Source: Gemmatimonadota bacterium
Lineage (GTDB): Bacteria; Gemmatimonadota; Gemmatimonadetes; Palauibacterales; Palauibacteraceae
Assembly: GCA_039585235.1 (NCBI GenBank)
Contig: JBDGWG010000004.1
Coordinates: 7,704 to 71,703 of the forward strand
Length of the DNA stretch: 64,000 nt
Reading direction: 5' to 3'
Shown here: in pieces, positions 47,723 to 56,633 of the stretch
Numbering within the stretch: position 1 is the stretch's first letter
How the letters are laid out: each line of letters begins with the position of its first letter
The notes under the pieces: generated by a model
What the model saw: the letters and a program-made list of their open reading frames with translations, nothing else
What the model was told of the DNA's origin: nothing
Database searches by the model: none
Position numbers and translations under genes: made by a program

Positions 47723-48865
47723 GTGCGCATCGTACACACAGAATCGTCCACGGTCATGGGGGGGCAGGAGCGCCGGGTGCTGGCCGAGAGCATCGGGATG
47801 CGTGACCGAGGCCATGACCTGTGGATTGTCACGCCGTCGGACGGGGCCTTGGCGAGCCGTGCCCGCGACGCGGGACTCGACGTAATCCCGCTCTCGTTCC
47901 GTCGTTGGAGGCTGCTCGACAATGCCCGGTTCTTGGCCTCTCTCGTTCGCCGCCTCGAACCGGACGTGGTGAACTCGCACAGCTCGGCCGACAGCTGGAC
48001 GGCGGCCCTCGCACGCCGCACGGGGGCGCGTAAGGGAGCTCTGGTCCGGAGCCGTCACATTTCGGCGCACGTCGAGCCGGGGCTGCTGCACAGATTTCTT
48101 TACGGGCAGGCCGACTTCGTGATCACGACCGGGGAGTCTGTTCGCCGGGATCTTGCCGAATCCGGCCTGTTTCCCCTGGAGCGTTCCGCATCGATCCCGA
48201 CCGGCGTCGACCTCGATCGCTTCCGACCGGAGCCTGGAGGACGAGCGGAGGCGCGGCGCGCTCTCGGAGTCGGCGTCGAAGGACCGGTGCTGGGCGTCGT
48301 CGCCTATCTCCGGGAGGACAAGGGCCACGCGGTCCTGCTGCGAGCCATGCCTGAGATCCTTCGCCGGTGCCCCGGTTGTGTCCTCGTCGTGGTTGGGGAC
48401 GGGCCCGAGCGCGAACGTCTCGAGACCTTCGCGCGGCGCCTTGAGATAGAGGCCGCGGTCCGGTTTGCAGGCCTCCGAGAGGATATTCCGTTCGTGCTCT
48501 CGGCGCTCGACGTGTTCTGCCTGCCGTCAGTTCGCAACGAGGGTGTGCCTCAATCCGCGTTGCAGGCCGGCGCGGCAGCGGTGCCTGTCGTCAGCACGGC
48601 CGTTGGTGGGATCCCGGAGGCCGTCGTGCACGGCAGGACCGGCAGCGTGGTTCCTCCCGGCGATGAGGGCGCCCTCGCGAGTGCGATTCTCGAGCTGATC
48701 GAGGATCCCGCATCGCGGCGCCGCCTTGGGCAGGCCGGTCGTGAGCACGTGTCCGCCTCTTTCTCGATGCAGCGGATGCTGGATCTCACCGAGCGAGCCT
48801 ACGCGGCCGCACTGCGGTCCGCCGTCTCACGGGGCGGTGCCCCGCGCGGCTTTCCCGGTCCATGA
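47723..48865 (+). CDS. Glycosyltransferase family 4 (LPS-type)
   Basis: HTESS..GGQE.R, HSS.DSW, RSRH, KGH, NEGVPQS. Confidence 0.9.
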   Translation: MRIVHTESSTVMGGQERRVLAESIGMRDRGHDLWIVTPSDGALASRARDAGLDVIPLSFRRWRLLDNARFLASLVRRLEPDVVNSHSSADSWTAALARRTGARKGALVRSRHISAHVEPGLLHRFLYGQADFVITTGESVRRDLAESGLFPLERSASIPTGVDLDRFRPEPGGRAEARRALGVGVEGPVLGVVAYLREDKGHAVLLRAMPEILRRCPGCVLVVVGDGPERERLETFARRLEIEAAVRFAGLREDIPFVLSALDVFCLPSVRNEGVPQSALQAGAAAVPVVSTAVGGIPEAVVHGRTGSVVPPGDEGALASAILELIEDPASRRRLGQAGREHVSASFSMQRMLDLTERAYAAALRSAVSRGGAPRGFPGP

Positions 48866-49716
48866 CGGGCCGTCTTCCGGAGACTCGATTCACGGGCGAG
48901 CGGCCGGCAACGCTCGCACACCGGCGGCTGCACTCGCCCGGATCACTGCCAGACCGCTGGGTCCTGTTTCTGCATGGCTTTCTGGGCGCCGGCCGGAACT
49001 GGGCATCGATCGGCCGGGGGCTAGCGCGTGCGAGGCCCGACTGGGGCGTCGTCCTCGTGGACCTGCGCCTCCACGGAGACAGCCAGGGTTTCGCTCCGCC
49101 TCACACCGTGGCCGCCAGCGCGACCGACGTCAATTCACTCGTGCTTCGCCTTCAGGCCACGGAGACGGTGATCGTAGGCCACTCATTCGGGGGAAAGGTA
49201 GCGCTGTCCGCCGCGCGGTCGAGCGACACGGCCTTGCGGCAGGTCTGGGTGATCGACAGCACTCCGTCCGCGGGGCGGACGGAGGCAGGAGCGGCACGCC
49301 TTCTGGCTCTGCTGGCGCAGCTGCCCGAGCAATTCGACGACCGCTCCGAGCTGATCACTGCCGTGCGCGCAGCGGGCTTCGATGTTCATCTCGCGGAGTG
49401 GACGGCCACGAATCTCGCCAGGGGACCGGACGGGTACCGCTGGAGGTTCGACCTGCCGTCTCTCGACCTCCTCCTCGAGGACTTCTATCGGGAAGACCTG
49501 TGGTCCGTGGTGGAACCGTCCGTTGTCGGGCGAGAGATGTTCTTCATCCGGGCGACGCGCGGCTCGATCATGGACGAGACCTCAGCGGCCCGCGTCCGGC
49601 GTCTGGAGGCGGATGGTGAATGCGTTCGCCTGATCGAGCTCGAGGGCGGCCACTGGCTCAACATGGTGAACCCTGACGGACTGCTGAAACTGCTGGTTCG
49701 GTATCTGCCGCGCTGA
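48862..49716 (+). CDS. Alpha/beta hydrolase (YbfF-like esterase)
   Basis: LHGFLG, DLRLHG.S, GHSFGGK nucleophile elbow, GHW. Confidence 0.92.
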   Translation: MTGRLPETRFTGERPATLAHRRLHSPGSLPDRWVLFLHGFLGAGRNWASIGRGLARARPDWGVVLVDLRLHGDSQGFAPPHTVAASATDVNSLVLRLQATETVIVGHSFGGKVALSAARSSDTALRQVWVIDSTPSAGRTEAGAARLLALLAQLPEQFDDRSELITAVRAAGFDVHLAEWTATNLARGPDGYRWRFDLPSLDLLLEDFYREDLWSVVEPSVVGREMFFIRATRGSIMDETSAARVRRLEADGECVRLIELEGGHWLNMVNPDGLLKLLVRYLPR

Positions 49717-49755
49717 CCCGGCGGCGCTGCCCCGGCTGCGGTCTGAAGCGACCTT

Positions 49756-50223
49756 TCAGAAGATCTCTCGCCACGAACCATCGATCGCGCGGACAGGGTC
49801 GGTCCGCAGCCGGCTGCCCAACAAGCTGGTCTGGCGGGTCGCAATGCCCGGATCGCCGGCGTTCGCACTCCCGACGATCGCCCGGGCGGCGATCCTGTAT
49901 ACGGCCGTCACCGAGTCCACCTGGATGAGCTTGAGGGCTCGCACGGCGACCGTCCCGTCCCCGATCTCCCAGGACGCTAAAGAGGGCTGTGCCGCGGAGG
50001 CCAGCCAGGTGGCCAGTCCGGCCTCCGCCACGTGGAACGCCTGGCTCGACGCCGCATGGCTGATACCGATTCGCAGCTCCGCCCTTGCGGACAGAAAGAT
50101 TCCGGTCGCGCCCATGTAGAGTGCGGCAAGCAGGACCAGTACGGCCACGAGGGCGAATCCCCTCCGATCGCCCACGCCGACTCTCCCAGGGCGCGTTTGC
50201 CGGGGCCGGTGAGTCAAGAACAT
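49756..50223 (-). CDS. PilX-like minor pilin
   Basis: RRG|FALVAVL class III signal lacking Glu5, QAF..AEAGL, SWRE end. Confidence 0.75.
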   Translation of the reverse strand: MFLTHRPRQTRPGRVGVGDRRGFALVAVLVLLAALYMGATGIFLSARAELRIGISHAASSQAFHVAEAGLATWLASAAQPSLASWEIGDGTVAVRALKLIQVDSVTAVYRIAARAIVGSANAGDPGIATRQTSLLGSRLRTDPVRAIDGSWREIF

Positions 50224-50511
50224 CTGCTTCGATCGTCCGATTCCCGCACCTGTCCGCGCGCAAGCCCACTCTCGACGGCGAGCGTCAACGACCAGTCAAT
50301 TCGGCCACGAACGTACCTTTTGCGCACGGTCTTGGCTTTTTGCCACCTCGTCCCCTGTCAGCCGCCCCGCACTCGAGTCTGCGGTCGGGGCGGTGCGACC
50401 CCGCAAAGTACCTATTTGCTTGTATATACGACGGCCACGCGCCTCCGACTTCCCGCATGGCAGCCGGTTTGCCCTGATAGCCGGGAGAATTCATGGAAGG
50501 GAGCGGAAGCC

Positions 50512-50736
50512 ATGCAGTACAGCGCGACGACCGAGGCTCTGCTCCACGCGATCAAGAAAGACGTTCGCAACCGCGTGGACGACATCGTGGACTACGCCGA
50601 AAACGCAGCGATGACGCTGGCCTCGGAAACTGAGGTGGATGCGGTCCTCGAGCGGGCGCTGATTGCGGTCGAAAAGACGCTGGCCGAGGCAGCCCGGGCG
50701 ATGGCGCGGGAGATCCACAGGGAGCGAATGTACTAG
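50512..50736 (+). CDS. Small helical hypothetical protein (74 aa)
   Basis: GGAG/GGAAG RBS, GC3-rich codons, amphipathic helices. Confidence 0.7.
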   Translation: MQYSATTEALLHAIKKDVRNRVDDIVDYAENAAMTLASETEVDAVLERALIAVEKTLAEAARAMAREIHRERMY

Positions 50737-50937
50737 CGCTTCTCGTTGCTCGCGGCACTCTCTCATGTTATCGATATTCAGAGGTGATCGATTCTCGTCC
50801 CGGGCAGGAATCGATTCCCGATACGCGCAATCTTTCGCATCGTGCCGCGCATCCCGGGAGGGGCGTCCACGATGTATGTGGAGTAAGAAGGGGAAGTTAC
50901 AGGGATTGATGCCGAGGGAGGCCCCCTGGCCGCGTTC

Positions 50938-50966
50938 TTGCCGAATCCAGGGGACCGTAGTATACC
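50938..50966 (+). promoter_or_regulatory. Sigma70-like promoter
   Basis: TTGCCG-N17-TATACC upstream of the TM/VWA pair. Confidence 0.4.
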
Positions 50967-51046
50967 GCGTAGATGCGGCGATCGGAGGGAGACCGTGACC
51001 GATGGTTTCACACCGGGGCCGCTGAATCGCGGAAGGCGGAGACGCA

Positions 51047-52840
51047 ATGGACGAGAAGGGGAAGATGAGCGCACGAAACCGTAAAGCCAGAACCGCCGCC
51101 TTCCAGCCGGACGCGCAGTCCCCGAGTGAGGCTGACGATGCCAGGAGTGATGGGGATGCGCATCCCACGTGGTTGGACCGGGTGAGGGAGGTCGCCGCGC
51201 CGGAGCCCGAAGAGCCGCTGTGGACACCGGAGCCCGTCGGCCCGTCAGACTCCGTGTGGGATGCCACCGACACCGTCGAACCGGCTTCTCCAGAAGTCTC
51301 CAACATCGACGTTTCGCCGCCGGATCAGTCGATTCCCGATCCGGGATTGATTCCGGAGACCGCCGAGGCGGCGCTCGAGGAAAGCGTGGGGCTCAGCGTT
51401 CGCCGCCTGCGCAAAGCCGCTATCGAGATGGCGGGCCGCGACGCCGAGGCGAATCTCCCTGACGTCGAGGCCACGGGCAGGGCCGAATCGGAGGAAGAGC
51501 TGCGCGATCGAGCCGTTTCGCTGTTCCTCAATTGGCAGGCCAGGGAGCGCTCGCGGCTCAACTCGCTGGTCGGGGAGATGGAAGGACGAATCACCCGCAT
51601 CCTGGCCGGCATTTCCCTGGACAACGATCGCTTCGAACGCGTCACCAGCGAGCTGTTCCGCCTGCAGAGGCGATGGGACATGAACCGCACTGTTGTGGAG
51701 AACTCGCTGGAGGAGGAAACCACGGAGCAGGAAGACCAGCCGGCCACCCGCCAGTTCAAGACTCACTGGTATGCGCTCGCCATCGGCTTCCTGGGAATCG
51801 TGGAGTTCCTCGCTAACGCTCCGGTTTTCGGTGCGCTGCTTCCGCGCGATCCGCTGACCGAACAGCAATTGCGCTACGTCGCAGAGACGAGTGAAGGATG
51901 GCTCGCCGGCGGGCTGCGAGTAGCATCGCAGTTCATTCTCAGGCCTGACGCCGCCCTGTTGGCAGCTGGTGTGGTCACGTTCCTGTGCGTTCTCGCGCAC
52001 TTCTTCGGCCACTCCCTTCGGTCGCTCATGATGCACCAGTCGAGCCGTCGAACGGGTGAGACGCTGGGCAAACGATCGGCGGGCGAGTTTGTCGTGCCGA
52101 TGATCCTGGCGGGGATCGGCCTGGTGCTCGTGATCGGCGTCTTATTCGAGGCGCGTGTCACGCTGGGTGAAGTCGCCGTGGATCGGTTCGCGCAGGACAG
52201 CGCGAAGATCGAGGAGCTGCGACGCACGGCGAGCTGGCTCCGGGTGGACGGCAACCTGGTAGCCGCGAATGAACAGGCCAACCGAGCGGATGACCTGGAG
52301 GCGCTGGCCAAGGAGCAGCGGGAGTACGCGGCCTCGATGAGTGGGCTGAGCTTCCCGATCCTACTGCTCAACACCACGCTCATCCTCGTCGCGATATCGG
52401 CTTCCTACTTCCATATGCGGGACCGACGGCGCGATCGGTTCAACGACACGCCCTTCGAGCGCCAGCGGCGCGAGCTGGTGAACCTCGGCGATTCGATTCA
52501 GCAGCGCGTCGCCGACGCGATGGGAGACGCGGTGAGTACCATTCGCGGCCTGACGAGCTTACTTTCCGAGACCCCCCTGCGGGAGGCGCCCGCGCTGGCC
52601 AGCCAGCTTGAGGCCACGATCGTGGCCTATCGGGCGGAGAACGGACGATTGCGAAGTCTGGACACGAGGGAGATCCCGGCATACGCCGAGCCCGTCGAGT
52701 TGCAGCTGGTCGTCGAGGCACGGGACACGCGTGACCTGCTGATGCGCGACCCGGAGAACTACGAGACCGAGCGCCGCGACCTGCAGGAGAACTTCGAGAA
52801 GATTCGGGTCAGGTTCACGCAAGAGGCGACGGCATGGTGA
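51047..52840 (+). CDS. Hypothetical 4-TM protein with flanking coiled coils
   Basis: Acidic disordered N-terminus, coiled coil, four hydrophobic segments, C-terminal helices; strong coding bias. Confidence 0.85.
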   Translation: MDEKGKMSARNRKARTAAFQPDAQSPSEADDARSDGDAHPTWLDRVREVAAPEPEEPLWTPEPVGPSDSVWDATDTVEPASPEVSNIDVSPPDQSIPDPGLIPETAEAALEESVGLSVRRLRKAAIEMAGRDAEANLPDVEATGRAESEEELRDRAVSLFLNWQARERSRLNSLVGEMEGRITRILAGISLDNDRFERVTSELFRLQRRWDMNRTVVENSLEEETTEQEDQPATRQFKTHWYALAIGFLGIVEFLANAPVFGALLPRDPLTEQQLRYVAETSEGWLAGGLRVASQFILRPDAALLAAGVVTFLCVLAHFFGHSLRSLMMHQSSRRTGETLGKRSAGEFVVPMILAGIGLVLVIGVLFEARVTLGEVAVDRFAQDSAKIEELRRTASWLRVDGNLVAANEQANRADDLEALAKEQREYAASMSGLSFPILLLNTTLILVAISASYFHMRDRRRDRFNDTPFERQRRELVNLGDSIQQRVADAMGDAVSTIRGLTSLLSETPLREAPALASQLEATIVAYRAENGRLRSLDTREIPAYAEPVELQLVVEARDTRDLLMRDPENYETERRDLQENFEKIRVRFTQEATAW

Positions 52841-53616
52841 TGCGAAGGACCTGGACGCCGGCGGCCCTGCTCGGCGCGCTGGCGCTGGCAGGCTGCGGCA
52901 CACCGGAGGGCGCCGCAGCGGGTGGCGAAGGGGAAGGCGGGGTGGTCAAGCGATCGACCCCGCAGCTCGTGGTCTTCGTGTACGATCGCTCGACCAGCAT
53001 CTCGCATCACCAGCTCGAGCTTGCGCGACAGCTCACCAACGATCGGATCCGCAAGCTGGATCACGGTGACCGGATCGCCGCTCACCAGCTGCTTCAGCTC
53101 TCGCTCGAAGAGCCACCGCAACGCTGGTCTGAAACCGTCCCGCAGCGTCGGTTCACCGAGCAGGCCATGATGCGAGACTCGGTGACCCGAGCTCGCTTCC
53201 TGAGGGACGCGCAGGACTATCTCGTCGCGTTTACTGACACGACGAATCGGGGCAACATCGACGGAACGGATATCCTGTCGACCCTGCACGACGTGAGCGC
53301 CGACCTCCAAGCCGCACCGGGACGCGAGGCCACTCTGTACATCTTCTCCGACATGCTGCAGTCTAACCGGACCATCGACATGGAGGGACTGCGGAAGATG
53401 CCTCCGTCCGGCTGGATCGAGCGCGAGCAGGCCAACGGGACGCTTCCAGACTTGTCCGGCCTGTGCGTATACGTGATCGGGGCCCGGGTGGAAACCCGCC
53501 AGAGCCAGAGCGTGAAGGACTTCTGGCAGGGGTACTTCGAGGCGACCGGCGCCGTATTCGAGTCGCGGAACTACACGCTGCGCCCGGTCGAGCTTCCCGA
53601 GCACCCCTGCACCTGA
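52834..53616 (+). CDS. VWA/MIDAS-like lipoprotein
   Basis: Lipobox LAGC; VFVYDRSTS (DxSxS), GTDI (Thr), LYIFSDM (Asp). Confidence 0.8.
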   Translation: MVMRRTWTPAALLGALALAGCGTPEGAAAGGEGEGGVVKRSTPQLVVFVYDRSTSISHHQLELARQLTNDRIRKLDHGDRIAAHQLLQLSLEEPPQRWSETVPQRRFTEQAMMRDSVTRARFLRDAQDYLVAFTDTTNRGNIDGTDILSTLHDVSADLQAAPGREATLYIFSDMLQSNRTIDMEGLRKMPPSGWIEREQANGTLPDLSGLCVYVIGARVETRQSQSVKDFWQGYFEATGAVFESRNYTLRPVELPEHPCT

Positions 53617-53631
53617 CCCGTTCCCGGGGCT

Positions 53632-54441
53632 TCAGCTCCGGTCCACACGCCCTTCCAGAACCTCGACGCGGTCACCTGGTCGCACCGGCCCGGGACCGTC
53701 GTGAATCAGGTTCTCGCCGAACAGGACCCGACCGCCCGTGTTGCGGAACAAAGCCAGGGAGCGCAACGGCTCCTGGCCCCGGGCGCCCGTCTTCTGGTCC
53801 GTGGTCGTCACGATGCAGCGGGCGCAGGGTTTCACGACCCGGAATACGGTACTTCCCACTCGGATTCGGGCCCAGCCGTCTTCCGCGAAGGGCTCGCGGC
53901 CGTCGATCACCAGGTTGGGGCGAAACCGGTCCATCGGCACGGCCGTGTCCAGTCGACGGTTGAGCTCGGTCAGCGACGCCTCGCTGGTGAGCAGCAGTGG
54001 GTAGCCGTCGGCGAAGCTCACCCGGTCGCCGGGGCGACCGTAATCGAGGCTCACCTGGCGGCATGTGGCCGAACGCATGTATAAGAGTCGGCACGGCCGT
54101 TCCAGGAAATCCTCCAGCCAGGCGTCGGCGTCCGCGCCGGCGGCCGCTCCCTTGGTTCGGTCCCGCCACACGGCGACGGCCAGTATCTCGTGGTCCGGGG
54201 CCGGACGACTGACACGCAGCGGCTCGCGCCCACTCCCCCGGATCTCGATGCCCTGTTCCGTCGGCTGGACATCCAGGGTCGCCAGGGCGGGGCAGTCCCG
54301 TTGGGTGATCACCTTTCCGTCCTCGCCCAGCAAGCACCACCGCCGGTCTCCGACGATCCCGAACGGATCCATGCTCGCCTCCTCCAGGCGAAGGCCGCGG
54401 GCAGACTTCAGCGGATAGACGTAGAGTCCGGTGACACGCAC
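53632..54441 (-). CDS. MOSC-domain protein (YcbX/mARC-like)
   Basis: YPLKS, GDRRW, FADGYP.LL, RFRPN, KPCARC..TT, FGEN. Confidence 0.94.
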   Translation of the reverse strand: MRVTGLYVYPLKSARGLRLEEASMDPFGIVGDRRWCLLGEDGKVITQRDCPALATLDVQPTEQGIEIRGSGREPLRVSRPAPDHEILAVAVWRDRTKGAAAGADADAWLEDFLERPCRLLYMRSATCRQVSLDYGRPGDRVSFADGYPLLLTSEASLTELNRRLDTAVPMDRFRPNLVIDGREPFAEDGWARIRVGSTVFRVVKPCARCIVTTTDQKTGARGQEPLRSLALFRNTGGRVLFGENLIHDGPGPVRPGDRVEVLEGRVDRS

Positions 54442-54448
54442 AAGCGCC

Positions 54449-54820
54449 TCAGAACGGCTTGGCCCGGGCGAGCCAGGCGCCGATAACGCCGAGGATTGGC
54501 GCCGCGAACCACACCAGGCGGCTGAGATCCGGCCTGACCGTCGGCACAGCCAGTAGAGCGCCCACGGCCATCCAGATCCCCAACTTGGCCCAGGTCCATC
54601 CGGGCATGCCGGCGCCCATCGTGCCAGTCGATCCCAGCCAGCCGAACCCGCCGAGCAGAATAAGACTCAGTCCTACCCCATAGGTGACGGTGGTCACTCG
54701 CCGAGCGCCGTTCGAGTCTTTCGTTCCGCCGTTCATACCGTGCAGCGCCAGGCCGCCGAGCGACAGGAAGACCATGAGGATTCCGGCGACGTGCGTGAGC
54801 TTGTATACGTCGGGTGACAT
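54449..54820 (-). CDS. Small 4-TM membrane protein (SirB2/DUF2269-like)
   Basis: YK..H..G, W..AKL.IW, C-terminal KPF; AAGGAG RBS. Confidence 0.7.
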   Translation of the reverse strand: MSPDVYKLTHVAGILMVFLSLGGLALHGMNGGTKDSNGARRVTTVTYGVGLSLILLGGFGWLGSTGTMGAGMPGWTWAKLGIWMAVGALLAVPTVRPDLSRLVWFAAPILGVIGAWLARAKPF

Positions 54821-55182
54821 CAAGGCAGCTCCTTCTCAGGTTCCGGACGGGGCCGGCCGCACTGCACGCCCCTGCGGCGCCGGCCCGTCTGAGGCTACCT
54901 TATCTGGCAGTGCGGTCAGGGGGAAGAGGACGGCGCGTCTAGAGCGAGACTACCGAATAGCCCCTCCAGCGACCGATCCGGCAAATCTCACCGATTGCTG
55001 CAAGGTGTGTCAGAGGCACGGCGGCACATACGTTCGCATGCCACCCTCCTATCTTCATGAATTGCAAATAGTTATGGCGTAACGCGCACTCGGGGCCGCG
55101 AACCTGCGACGATCCGGCTCTGGCGGGCCAACCGACCAACGGGACGACTTGTCCCATTTCCCGGGCCCGCAACGGAGGAGCC

Positions 55183-55479
55183 ATGCGACAGAACCGCCAC
55201 CTGGTGATCCGGGCCCTGACGTATCTGGGCCTAGCGGCCGCCGTGTTCACGGGTCTCGAGTTGGGGATCCGCATGGCGGCGGACGCGGCCGGTGTGTGGG
55301 GCATCGTGGCGGCATCCGCTCTGTTTCCCGCCACTATCGCCGCCGCGCCTCTGTTCGCGCTTGCCTTCGGGCAGTGGGTTCCCGTCCTGGTCGTGTACGG
55401 GGGTGGCTTCGTGGCCGGTGCCCTGTACGCGCGGAATGAATGTAACGGATCGGCCTCGGCTTCCTCCGCTACATCTTGA
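55183..55479 (+). CDS. Small hydrophobic hypothetical protein
   Basis: GGAGGAG RBS, about three TM segments; 11-nt convergent overlap with the FKBP gene. Confidence 0.55.
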   Translation: MRQNRHLVIRALTYLGLAAAVFTGLELGIRMAADAAGVWGIVAASALFPATIAAAPLFALAFGQWVPVLVVYGGGFVAGALYARNECNGSASASSATS

Positions 55480-56023
55480 TGTCCAGCAGCTCAAACTCGT
55501 AGACCAGCGTTGCGTTCGGCGGGATAGCTCCAGGGACGCCTCTGGATCCATAGCCGAGGTTGGGGGGGACGACGAGCCGGCGCTTGCCCCCGATCCGCAT
55601 GCCGGTGACCCCTTCCTCCCACCCGGCGATCACGTCGCGTCTGGCACCGAGCTGGAAGCTGCGCGCCTCTCCTGCGTCGCGCGTGCTGTCGAACTGATCT
55701 CCGTTGGGGAGCCAGCCCGTGTAATGCACGACCACCACGTGTCCCGAACGGGCGGAGAGACCGCGCCCCTCGACCATGTCTTCGATGTACAGGCCGGACG
55801 GAGTCTGGCGCATGGCGGCGAGATCGATCCCCAGCGCCTCGGCGAACTCCGAGGGAACCGTCGATTCCACATGCGCGTTCGCGTCGGCCGGCCGCTCCGC
55901 TTTGCCCCAGTCGCGCACGTCGCAGCCCGCGACGAGCGCCAGGGCGAGCAGTGACAGTCCTAGCGCCAGGAGTGCTCTGGACGGCTGCAGCCCGGGACGG
56001 GTGGCCGGCTTACTGCTCATCAT
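55469..56023 (-). CDS. FKBP-type PPIase (lipoprotein)
   Basis: Lipobox VAGC, VHYTGWL..G..FDS, VIAGWEEG, GGKR.L..PP.LGYG, IPPNATL. Confidence 0.95.
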   Translation of the reverse strand: MMSSKPATRPGLQPSRALLALGLSLLALALVAGCDVRDWGKAERPADANAHVESTVPSEFAEALGIDLAAMRQTPSGLYIEDMVEGRGLSARSGHVVVVHYTGWLPNGDQFDSTRDAGEARSFQLGARRDVIAGWEEGVTGMRIGGKRRLVVPPNLGYGSRGVPGAIPPNATLVYEFELLDIKM

Positions 56024-56516
56024 CCTCTGGACTCCGAGCGCCGAGGTCGCGGTCCAGCATGAACAACGCCGCGCCGTCGGCCCCGAACATCTTCATGCGC
56101 TGGACGATCTCGTCGATGCTCGCCTCCTCCTCGACCTGCTCGGTGATGAACCACTGCAGCATCACCTGGGCTGGACGGTCTTGCTCCTCGTGCGCGAGGT
56201 CGAACAACCCGTTGATGCGCGACGTGACGAACCGCTCGTGCTCGAGAGACTGCTCCATGATCTCCAGCGGTGACCCGAACTCGAAGGGCGGCTTGTCTAT
56301 CTCGTGTAGCTCGACGCGCCCGCCCCGCTCGATGAGAAAATCATAGAAGCGCATGGCGTGCTCGACCTCTTCCTGGGCCTGCATCCGCAACCAGTTCGCG
56401 AAACCGGTGAGGTTCCTGTCGGAACAGTCAGCCGACATCGCGAGGTACATATAGGCGGAGTAGAGCTCGTACTTGATCTGCTCGTTGATGGCGTCCTGAA
56501 GCTCCTGGCTGATCAT
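56010..56516 (-). CDS. ftnA: Non-heme ferritin
   Basis: N.QI..ELYSAY.Y, QEE..HA, EHE, LQWF..EQVEEE ferroxidase ligands. Confidence 0.95.
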   Translation of the reverse strand: MISQELQDAINEQIKYELYSAYMYLAMSADCSDRNLTGFANWLRMQAQEEVEHAMRFYDFLIERGGRVELHEIDKPPFEFGSPLEIMEQSLEHERFVTSRINGLFDLAHEEQDRPAQVMLQWFITEQVEEEASIDEIVQRMKMFGADGAALFMLDRDLGARSPEDDEQ

Positions 56517-56633
56517 CTTTCGTACCGTGTCTTCGAGTAAGGTAGGTCGACCTGTGGGCGGCCCCTGTGCCGTCCGATCCACAACCTGTCCGCTGCGCGG
56601 CGGGGCGGCAACCGGAGAGCACCCGGTCCGCGG

